Positions 12,965 through 23,169 of a stretch of 64,000 bases of DNA are shown here, in pieces. The notes beneath the pieces are model-generated. The model was not told the origin of the DNA. It saw nothing but the letters and a program-made list of their open reading frames with translations, and did no database searches. The translations under genes were made by a program, and so were the position numbers. Position 1 is the stretch's first letter, and every line of letters starts with the position of its first letter. Source of the DNA: Macrostomum lignano (lineage: Eukaryota); NCBI GenBank assembly GCA_002269645.1, contig NIVC01002108.1, forward strand, positions 96,242 through 160,241, read 5' to 3'.

Positions 12965-13930
12965 ACCCCAAAGTACACTCGCTCCCAATCCGCCCAGCCC
13001 CACTCACCCCAATGTACACTCGCTCCCGACCAGCCCAGCCCCACTCACCCCAATGTACATTCGCTCCCGACCAGCCAGCCCCACTCGCCCCAAAGTACAC
13101 TCGCTTCCGACCAGCCCAGCCCCACTCACCCCAATGTACATTCGCTCCCGATCCGCCCAGCCCCACTCACCCCAATGTACACTCGCTCCCGACCAGCCCA
13201 GCCCCACTCACCCCAATGTACACTCGCTCCCGATCCGCCCAGCCCCACTCACCCCAATGTACACTCGCTCCCAATCCGCCCAGCCCCACTCACCCCAATG
13301 TACACTCGCTCCCGACCAGCCCAGCCCCACTCACCCCAATGTACATTCGCTCCCGACCAGCCAGCCCCACTCGCCCCAAAGTACACTCGCTTCCGACCAG
13401 CCCAGCCCCACTCACCCCAATGTACATTCGCTCCCGATCCGCCCAGCCCCACTCACCCCAATGTACACTCGCTCCCGACCAGCCCAGCCCCACTCACCCC
13501 AATGTACACTCGCTCCCGATCCGCCCAGCCCCACTCACCCCAATGTACACTCGCTCCCGACCAGCCCAGCCCCACTCACCCCAATGTACATTCGCTCCCG
13601 ACCAGCCAGCCCCACTCGCCCCAAAGTACACTCGCTCCCGACCAGCCCAGCCCCACTCACCCCAATGTACATTCGCTCCCGATCCGCCCAGCCCCACTCA
13701 CCCCAAAGTACACTCGCTCCCGACCAGCCCAGCCCCACTCACCCCAATGTACACTCGCTCCCGATCCGCCCAGCCCCACTCACCCCAATGTACACTCGCT
13801 CCCGACCAGCCCAGCCCCACTCACCCCAATGTACATTCGCTCCCGACCAGCCAGCCCCACTCGCCCCAAAGTACACTCGCTCCCGACCAGCCCAGCCCCA
13901 CTCACCCCAATGTACACTCGTTCCCGACAA
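12965..13930 (+). repeat. Intergenic 41-bp minisatellite with 245-bp higher-order period
   Basis: Unit GCTCCCGACCAGCCCAGCCCCACTCACCCCAATGTACACTC. Near-identical shadow ORFs recur at 13249, 13494 and 13739. Confidence 0.92.
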
Positions 13931-14610
13931 GACTCCCAAACCCCGCGACGTACTTCAAAATGTGCAGAAATATTTCAGCACCTGCTGATAAAAGCAAGAA
14001 GAGTAGTCAGTTCTGCACTTTCGTCTACGAGTATTTCCATTACTTATTCTTTTTCCCTGCCATAACAAACCAGTTGTGACTCTAGCAAGTAGTAACGTTT
14101 TAAGCCACCCAGCTTGTATTTTATTTATCACAAGAGTGCGTTTTCTCCTAAATGAAAAGTAAAAAAATAATAAATACAAATATTATTCAGCTATTTATGA
14201 TGAGGCAGACAGGCGTTCGACTTTTTGATCGAGGAGCGCCTTTCGCTGTCGCCTTTTTAACTGCCGATTTCAATTGCGAGCCGGCCATCTCCGTGCTTTC
14301 GTGAATGCCTTAATTTATTTGGACTGTAGGAAATTCTGTAGGAAATTGGCAAGTGAAAATAAAATGCTGAGACAATAAAGCAGAAACAAAAAATAACAGT
14401 AAAAACATTGCCAAAAAACTTTAGAAAACCAAAAGCATTTAACGGCTCAAAAAGTGAACTGTTTCTTTTACATTTGAATCAACAGATTTATCTGCGGTAT
14501 TTTTAAAACTTTTTTTAATCAATTCGGCGAGAAAAAGTACTCGCATTTTTGCACACTACTACTGCTACACAGAAGCAGTAGAATGCTTAGCACATGGTCG
14601 CAGAAAAAAG

Positions 14611-17600
14611 TTATTTAAATGCCAGGTCAGCGCCGCAGCGAGTGCGCACCCTGAGCGGCACGGCCAGCCCGATCCGCTCCGCCAGGCCCTCCATCACTCG
14701 GCCGAATTCTGCGGCTGCGAGCTCGGCCCGCGAGGCCGCCACCTCCCACACCAGCTCGTCGTGCAGGTGCAGCACCAGACGGGCGTCGCGCAGCTCTGGC
14801 GAGGCGTTGGCGGCCTCCCAGCAGCTCAGCATCGCCAGCTTGCACAGGTCGGCCGCGCTGCCCTGCGGGGGTCGGGGATTCAGCGGAGGTTGTACGAGTA
14901 ATCTCACAGGCGAGGCAGATATCCACATAAAAGTGGGAATTAATTGTCCATTAAATTGAGCAAAGGCCATCCAGTTTGATGCCAAAGCCCCCACCTGAAT
15001 TGTGAAATTCACAGCCTGGCGCTGGGCCCGCGCCCTCGCCGACGGCACGGGGCTGTCGATATCCGCGAAGGTGCGCCGCCGGCCCATCAGGGTGGCGACT
15101 GTGCGGTCGGTGGCCGCCTGCCGGGTGACCCGGCGGAAATATTCGAACGGGGTCGGCCAGCTGCGCTGCAGGGCTTCGTACATCCGCTTCACCTGGCGAG
15201 AGGGAGGGAAGCGGTGGGGCTGCGGTGCAACTGCGGCTCGAGAAATTACACGTACCATTAATCCGCTCTCTCCTCTCCCCCCTCCCATCTATCCGCTCTC
15301 TCCTCTCTCTATCTATCCGCTCTCTCCCCCTCCCATCTATCCGCTCTCTCCCCTCCCCATCTATCCGCTCTCTCCTCCCATCTATCCGCTCTTTCCCCCT
15401 CCCCATCTATCCGCTCTCTCCCCCTCCATCTATCCGCTCTCTCTCCTCCCCATCTATCCGCTCTCCCCCCTTTCCATTTATCCGCTCTTCCCCCATCTAT
15501 ACGCTTTCTCCCCCTCCCTATCCATCCGCTCTTTTTCCGCTCCCTCTACCCTTCCCTCCCGCTCGGCCACTCATCTCGCACCTGGCCAATGCTGACAGCA
15601 GTGGACAGGATCTCTGTGAGCTTCTGCTGGCAGGCCCCGTACATGGTGGCGTACACGAGCCGCTTTGTGACGTCACGGTCAGCCTCCGTGACTGCCGCGA
15701 CAGCCGAGCCTTCTTGGGCACCTTCGCCGTCACCTGCAGCTCCAGGCTTCGGCTCCGGCCGGTTCAAGCAGACCCGCGCCAGGTCCTCGAACACGTCGGT
15801 GTCCGCTGCAAAGGCCGCCTTCAGTCGGGCGTCGCCGGTCAGGTGGGCGAAGATTCGCAGTTCCACGTGTCGATAGTCGATAGCGAGGAGGCTGCGCCCA
15901 GATGGCGCCTGGAAGCAGGCGCGGACGCTGTAGCGGCTGCTGTCCAGGGGGTCGCTGCACTGCCTGGCCGGGGATGGCAGGAATATGGTGGATTGCTAAT
16001 CTAGTCATTATGAATTGCTAATCTAGTCATTATGGATTGCTAATCTAGTCATTATGGATTGCTAATCTAGTCAGTATGGATTGCTAATCTAGCCAACATG
16101 GATTGCTAATCTATTTAAAATGGATTGCTAATCTAGCCAACATGGCGCACAGAGAAGCCCCAGTTACCTGGGCAGTCCCTGCAGGTTCGGCAGCGAGCTG
16201 TACAGCCGGCCAGTCACCGCGGATCTCTGATCCCACACCGGCCGAATCCGGCCGTCCGTCTCGACAAACTCCTTCATCAGTGCAAGTCAAGGTGAGTGAA
16301 ATCGATTTAAATACGATTGGCAATTACCGATATGTATCGAAAATCGCAGAATTCCAGTTACAATGTACCTGATATCCAACGCAGCAGACGCTGATGGTGC
16401 GATGGAGCCGCCTGTAGGCCACAACTTGAGCTGGCAGGGGGTGCTTGGGCGCCATGAGCATGAGCACCTCCTGCTTGGTTGACTGGTCCTTCACCGCTTT
16501 GGTCAATCCGCTGTTCTGCAGTTCGTCGGCTGTCAGTTGCTCGTGCAGGCGGAGCTTCGAGTACAGCAGGTTCTTCAGCTGTAGCGGGCTGTTGATGCAG
16601 AACGTCTCACCCGCGGCCTTCGGGTGGGCAGAGGTTGATGTGGCAGATGTTCCATTGTGATTACGACCCTTGTGCAAGAGGTTCTTATAAGAAATTGGTG
16701 TCTGTAAACACTCTGGGTGTCCTCTTTCATAATCAATTATATCCTTATCTGGAATTCAGGTGTCCTCATCTAAACTTTACGTGTCCTCATTTGACCTTGC
16801 GTGTCCTCATCTGACATTGCGTATGCTCATCTGAACCTTGCGTGTCCTCATCTGACCTTGTGTGTGTCCTAATCTGACCTTGCGTGTCCTCATCTGAACC
16901 TTGTGTGTCCTCATCTGACATTGCGTGTCCTCATCTGACCTTATGTGTGTCCTAATCTGACCTTGCGTGTCCTCATCTGACCTTATGTGTGTCCTAATCT
17001 GACCTTGCGTGTCCTCATCTGACCTTGCGTGTCCTCATCTGACCTTATGTGTGTCCTAATCTGACCTTGCGTGTCCTCATCTGACCTTGCGTGTCCTCAT
17101 CTGAACCTTGTGTGTCCTCATCTGACATTGCGTGTCCTCATCTGACCTTGCGTGTCCTCATCTGACCTTGCGTGTCCTCATCTGAACCTTGTGTGTCCTC
17201 ATCTGACATTGCGTGTCCTCATCTGACCTTGCGTGTCCTCATCTGACATTGCGTGTCCTCATCTGACCTTGCGTGTCCTTATCTGACATTGCGTGTCCTC
17301 ATCTGAACCTTGTGTGTCCTCATCTGACATTGCGTGTCCTCATCTGACATTGCGTGTCCTCATCTAAACATTGTGTGTCCTCATCTGACCTTATGTGTGT
17401 CCTCATCTGACCTTGAGTGTCCTCATCTGACCTTGCGTGTCCTCATCTGACATTGCGTGTCCTCATCTGAGCCTTGTGTGTCCTCATCTGAACCTTGCGT
17501 GTCCTCATCTGACCTTTTTTGTGTCCATTTGACCTTGTGTGTATCCTCATCTCATACTTGACGCTCATACTTGAGATCTTGACGCTCATACTGCATAAAC

Positions 17601-19567
17601 TGCAAATCAAAGCTGCCACACTCCTTTATAACTAACACCCACTATCAGACTCAACACCTTGAGCACTGTCAAGCCCACCTCATAGATGCTATTCTTGAGC
17701 TGGTCCAGCTTCTTATCCAAATCCAGCTTAATCTCGGCCAGCTTCCCCTTGTCAGCCCGCACCCCGGTCCGCTCCATCAGGTAGATCAGCGGCACCAGCG
17801 GGGACTCGAGCTTGGTGAACAGGTCGAGCATCCCGGCCTGCTGAAGCCGCCGTTCCAGGCGCCACCACAGGCGACCAATTAGAAAGGCCTGCAGCGCATG
17901 GGGTGCCAAAAATGCCTGCTTAAGACGAATCTTAAGACTAATTTAATTAGTACACACAGTCATAACCAGCCCAAACAAAAGTGCACACAGTCATAACCGG
18001 TTCAGTCAAAAGTGCACACAGCCATAACCGGTTCAGTCAAAAGTACACACAGTCATAACCGGTTCAGTCAAAAGTACACACAGCCATAATCAGCCCAAAA
18101 AAGTACACAGAGCGCAGAACAAAGACCTGTTCCCACACTGGCAGCGAGCCAACCGCGGCCGGGTCGAACCGGCCGGGCAGGTGGCGCAGCAGCAGCGAGT
18201 GGACATCGTCCAGCGGCTTGTCGGGCTCGAGCAGGAAGTGCGCCAGCGGCAGGTCCAACACCCGGCCGCTCAGCAGCTGCAGGAACTGGTCGCCAGACTC
18301 GCCAGAGTCCGTGGTATCCTCGGCCGCCGCGGCCAGATGGCAGAACGCTTTGAGATGAGTGCAGCAGACCCGGGACACCCGGCTGGACACCAGCAGGCGA
18401 GTCAGGGAGGCCCGGAAGTCCGCCTGGCACAGCACGGCCAGGCTGTACGTCTGCGATAGAGACGCGGTCTTGCTGGCCACGTTGCCGTAGAACAGGAATA
18501 TGCCCGAGTACTGGGGCGGCTGGCCGCTGCCGCTGATGAGGCTCTGGTCGCTGTCCGCCTCGCTAGCCGCCGGCTGCTGCCGCGGTGCGGTCAGGCAGAG
18601 CAGCAGCAGGTCGCGGGAGACGCCGTCTTCGGCGTCCTCAAGCCGGGCCGCGGCTGGATCGATCAGCGGCGGCGCAGCGCTGGAAGCTGCAGCTGCTGGC
18701 GACTTCTCGGCTGCTGCTGCTGGCGGCGGCGGCGGCGTGGTTTTGGGAGAGCTGGGAGAAGCAGATCCGGGAGCTTCTCGTTGCCGAATCACCCGGTCAA
18801 TGATGTGCGCCTCAGTGGCGGCGAGCGGCACCGAGGACGGGCTGGAAGGCGGTGAAGGCGGCTGCGGCGGCGGGGACGGTAAGCCGACAAGGCGGATCTT
18901 CCAGGCTCGGTCGAATGTGTCCGGGCCGGGGTTGAAGATGAACAGCCGGCCCAGCGGGTGCGGCCTCGGCGGCTGCGACTGGACAGATGGCTGGCCTGAG
19001 GTGGGGTTTTGGATTGTGGGATGTGGGATAGGACCAACCCCACCGAACTGCTTACCAACCCCACCTACTCTTTACCAACCCCACCTACTCTTTACCAACC
19101 CCACCTACTCTTTACCAACCCCACCCGCTCTTTACCAACCCCAACCCTCTTAACTAATCCAAGGACGCTGTTTCCCAAGCTAGAGCCCCTTTGTCATGAT
19201 ACAAGGCAATGCAAAACTATGGCAACACACCGCAATCAATGGGCAAATTTCTGCTGTAGAAAATCTTCCGCTTCCTTCCACCAGAAGCAACAGCGCTGTT
19301 GCTGCCGTCTCCAGCATCGACCTCGGACTGGACGCTCACTGGTCGAATGACGGGATCGCAGCGCGGCCCGCTGTACGCCGACCTTCCAGACTGCGCCACG
19401 GCTCGCCGCATTTCGGCCTTCCTCTGCCGCTGCCTGCGCAGGAAGCTCAGCACACGGCGACACTCCTCGGACAGGCCGGAGGAAAACGAGGAGGCGTCCG
19501 AGGAGCCGAAGCCGATGACTGGCGGAAGGTGCGGCAAAGGTCGGTAGCGATTCTGACGGCCGGTCAT
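14611..19567 (-). CDS. POLN: A-family DNA polymerase nu, 8 exons, 875 aa
   Basis: Exons (minus strand) 19567-19231, 18995-18127, 17915-17679, 16617-16369, 16271-16168, 15963-15582, 15192-14995, 14862-14611; total 2628 nt in frame. Motifs: WDQRSAVTGRLYSSLPNLQ, motif A DYRHVELRIFAHL, motif B RDVTKRLVYATMYGA (POLN-type TKxxVYAxxYGA rather than POLQ-type AKQICYGIIYG), RQAVNFTIQGSAADLCK, motif C LHDELVWEV. No helicase domain. The exon 1 donor (GTGTGT) is the least certain junction. Confidence 0.88.
15265..15560 (+). repeat. POLN intron 6 pyrimidine-rich minisatellite (CCATCTATCCGCTCTCTCCCCT-like)
   Basis: Visible degenerate array. Confidence 0.85.
15985..16140 (+). repeat. POLN intron 5 22-bp repeat ATGGATTGCTAATCTAGTCATT
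   Basis: About 7 units filling the intron. Confidence 0.85.
16760..17550 (+). repeat. POLN intron 3 20-bp minisatellite GTGTCCTCATCTGACCTTGC
   Basis: Visible tandem array. Confidence 0.92.
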
Positions 19568-19869
19568 TGTGCCTAGCTGGAAATTGCGGGGCACGGCTGT
19601 GACGTTATTCGCTTCGCTTTCACGGGCGTAGTTAAGATTTCTAAAAATCTAATCTAAAAATTAGAATCTGATGACTCTGCTTTGATTTGAGTAAGCTTTT
19701 ATTAGTCTATGGCCAAACCTGTTTGATTAGTTTACGTCATCACGATGTCTGTGGCAACAGAATGCTGTTTGCCTTTCAATTTAGCAGTGTCTATGGTTAA
19801 ACATCACACGAATGAAATTGACTGACAGCTTAAGTTTGAGTTGCCATATTTCTCGTGCCAATAACCTGT

Positions 19870-20402
19870 TATAGCATTTTGCAGTCAAGTTTGAACTGCG
19901 GGCATTCAAATTAGACAAGAAGGGAAGAGCCAAATTTCAGAATCCGTCCCCAAGTCAAGCAGAACTTTATGTCTGTGGCACAAACTGAAACACACTGACG
20001 GGCACTCAATTTAGACAACGGGCATTCAAATTAGACAAGCAGCGGAAAGTCTATGTGTGCCAGAGAGAAAGACCATGGACAATCCGATTCGTCGCTATGC
20101 AAGAATTTCCAGAGAGAAGCGTGACCTCATTATTGGGGCATGCCAACGTGGTGACTCTGTGGCTGAAATTGCCAACATGTTGGATGTCAAGAGATCATCA
20201 GTGTACAACAGACGCAACACGATCTTGAATTGCCCAGCCAATGCGCCTGAGAACTTGTCTAATTTGAATGCCCCTTGTCTAAATTGAGTGCCCACCAGTG
20301 TGATTTTGTCTAGGCCATAGATAGCATTTGTGCCAGCAGTGAGATCTGGTCAAGCGTCTAATTTGAATGCCCGCAGTTCAAACTTGACTGCAAAATGCTA
20401 TA
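19870..20402 (+). mobile_element. Internally deleted Tc1/mariner-like element with IR/DR ends and an N-terminal transposase HTH remnant
   Basis: Terminal inverted repeat TATAGCATTTTGCAGTCAAGTTTGAACTGCGGGCATTCAAATTAGAC at 19870 and its exact reverse complement ending at 20402 (TA included). Internal copies of GGGCAYTCAAWTTAGAC at about 20000-20039, mirrored at about 20254-20293. ORF from ATG 20075 reads ISREKRDLIIGACQRGDSVAEIANMLDVKRSSVY, which is HTH-like. Confidence 0.8.
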
Positions 20403-20860
20403 GTAAGTTTATTTGCAATAAATAAACAGAGCCCGCCAGTTTCTCTGTTGTTTTTCCTGATGAAAAAGTGCATGCATGATGTCAACAGGAAAACAGGCAG
20501 TTCTATATTCTTGAAGACAATCATATAATAGCGCAGTTCTCATGCAAAATTCAGACCTCTCCAAGCTATAGCTATGCAAGACTGAGTAACGGCAAGACAA
20601 AGCACACTAATACACAATTTGTGTATCAGTGCCCTGCTTATCTCTCAAACCCAAATAGAGGGGAGATCGAGTTGTTTAACGCAGAAAGATTCGGCAATAT
20701 TTCAGTCTCAGCCCACGTTGACTATCTTATCTGGCTCTGCAAAGTTTATTTAGTCCTTAGCTGAGCGCAAATCTGCGGAAACCTTGCTAGCGCTCTGAAA
20801 AAAACTGGCTCTGAAGAGCAGCTCTGCAATCTTCAAGGCAACAATTCACAGCTATTAGCA

Positions 20861-21385
20861 ATGCTCAGCACAACCAGCGGGTTCACCCCGGAACAGGTCC
20901 AGCGATTCCGGACGATGTTTTGCGTTCTGCTCGTGGGAGTAGCCATTCTCACTCTGGGCGTTGGGATTCTCTGCTTCGGCCGAATGTACGGCTTCGACTC
21001 CAGCCGCTACGACCTGTTCATGGTGTTCGGGGTTATCATCGTGCTGATTGCGACCGTCACCATCACAGTGCCAGTCTGCTGTCAGATCCGAATCTACCTG
21101 GAGGTGCGCAAAGATATCAAAGGCGACGAAAGCGACATCAGAGACTACGCGCCAGTGGCCACCCACCAGATGGGCACCGGGGCCTATATTTACCAGCAGC
21201 AGCAGCAGCAACCTCAGCCGCCACCGATGCAGCACAGAAGCCAGCTGCCGTTCTCATCAGCTGCCTACATTATGAGCCAGCAGCAACAACAGCAACAGCA
21301 ATATCCAGCCATGCAGCGAATGGACAAAGCCTACAGTGGCAGCGGAAGCCAGGCCTCTCTGAACCTACAGCAAAAGCCATTCTAA
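20861..21385 (+). CDS. Intronless orphan protein with two predicted TM helices and a Q/P-rich tail, 174 aa
   Basis: Clean ATG-to-TAA ORF with GC3-rich codons like the neighbouring genes. Hydrophobic stretches TMFCVLLVGVAILTLGVGILCFG and LFMVFGVIIVLIATVTITVPVCC. Sharp switch to AT-rich 3'UTR with AATAAA at 21511. No family recognised. Confidence 0.72.
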   Translation: MLSTTSGFTPEQVQRFRTMFCVLLVGVAILTLGVGILCFGRMYGFDSSRYDLFMVFGVIIVLIATVTITVPVCCQIRIYLEVRKDIKGDESDIRDYAPVATHQMGTGAYIYQQQQQQPQPPPMQHRSQLPFSSAAYIMSQQQQQQQQYPAMQRMDKAYSGSGSQASLNLQQKPF

Positions 21386-23169
21386 ACTATTATAAATACT
21401 TCTTTAACATTCTTTAAAATTTCTTTAACATTAGGTTAAAAAACTTCTAAAACCGAGCAACTGCATTATAATGTGTCTCTAAAGTTTATTACTCGTAGTA
21501 TAGTTGTTTTAATAAAGTACAAAGTCCTAATATTGTTTAACATTGCTCTTTTACCTTGTAATTATTATTTAAACTTAATTATTATATGAGTACTCTATAA
21601 TATCTGTCATCTTGTAAATAAAATAGTTTAGAACGTCAAAACTTGTAAATGATTATAATTTTCATTATCTAAAATATTAAATTTCTTAGCTTAATATCAA
21701 TAATTAAAAAAATAAAATACTGCAAAACAAGTTTTACAAATAAGCAATAAGGTACAATAACTTTTTTATGTACAAACTAGGACCATCCAATGAGCTTTAT
21801 ATATTATATTTGAAGCTAGGTACTATTAAATGAATGGGTTGACTTAAAGAAGTTATAATTTGCAATTTAATCACAGATACTGGTTGCAATTTAAAAATCT
21901 ACACTGCTGCAATAGAATTTGGTCTATGATGCAAAATCAGAAACAATACTTAGTAAGAATTCTTGAGTAAGAATTTTTAGTAGAAGTAAGAATTTATTGA
22001 AGCTATGAAAGGCAGATGATATTTAATGAAAATAAACATCTTAGATGCATTCGAATAACAGGTATTCAACTTATTATTTTATTCGAGGCAATATATTTTA
22101 GAAGTCTATTAAGAAATTACCAGTATCTTTATCTTTATCTTGATCCTGGGTTGCTATAAGTTGAGATCATAAAGTTAAAATACTTGGCTAATTTCAATAT
22201 TATCAATTATCAATAGCTTTTATCAATAAGTATCAAAAGCTAAATTTAAAATATGCTCAAGATTCTGAAGTTCTTTGCTGCAAAATAGTAAAATAGTAGT
22301 ATAAGCCTAAAAATGTTACAGCTAGACACTGTGCTGTAACTTTCCTAATATTATATAGCTAAAGCTTTGAGACTTTACCTTTAGGGAAAGAGCAATTAAA
22401 AACGATTTTCGTGTAATGAACCTCAATACGATGCACGTGAAAATTACAGCTTCTATAAATAGTACATTGCAAGTACATTGCAAGTACATTGCAAGACATT
22501 TTTTGAAATTAATACAAATGTCATTTTCTGTCTTTGATCGATCTTATCAAAGATAAAACCCTTGTAGAAGTACAAAGTACATGTACATACGTATTGTATT
22601 GTAAGAAAAACTACCAAAATGCAAAGAGAATTTTTTTCAGAGGCAGTCAGTCAGTCATCAGATCCGCGCGCGCGATGGCCGCGCGCCGCCGTGCGTGATA
22701 AATGAAAATTATTTTAAAAATCTTTTGCATATCATAGATTTTTTCTGCTCAAGTAAGCAATTCAATACATATCGTAACATTTAATGCTAATTTTGAATAT
22801 TTTGCTTTATTGAAGGCCTAAACCAAATAAAAAGTTTAACGATTTGTTTTTATGAACTTTTTTTGTATCATATAGTGCCGTGTGAAATCGATCGAATCTT
22901 TATTATTTATGCGTCTTTTAAACTCGGGCGCTGGTAGGTGCTATGCATGCGCGTCTATCTTTTTGTAGGCCTATTAATAGACAATTATACATGTTATATA
23001 ACTACCGGTACAATTACATGTAGCTGATGAATTTATTTGCAATTTAATTCACAAAAACTTTAATGATGATACATCGCTATTGGTAAAATTCAATTAGGCG
23101 CCTAGCTAAATTTTAATAAATGAGTTGATGATGGGAGGTACATAGCGTTGTGTACCTACATGTATCCCG

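Noticed and set aside
12803-14079. Three overlapping 343-420-aa Pro/Ser-rich ORFs
   Set aside because: All three frames are open because the 41-bp repeat lacks stops; there is no non-repetitive coding content.
274-19153. Antisense and alternate-frame ORFs over CUL1 and POLN exons (for example 274-915, 15225-16004, 18500-19153)
   Set aside because: Shadow ORFs expected from GC3-rich coding DNA; the opposite frame has clear homology.
14611-19567. Assignment as POLQ or bacterial Pol I
   Set aside because: No helicase domain, total length 875 aa, POLN-type motif B and spliceosomal introns.
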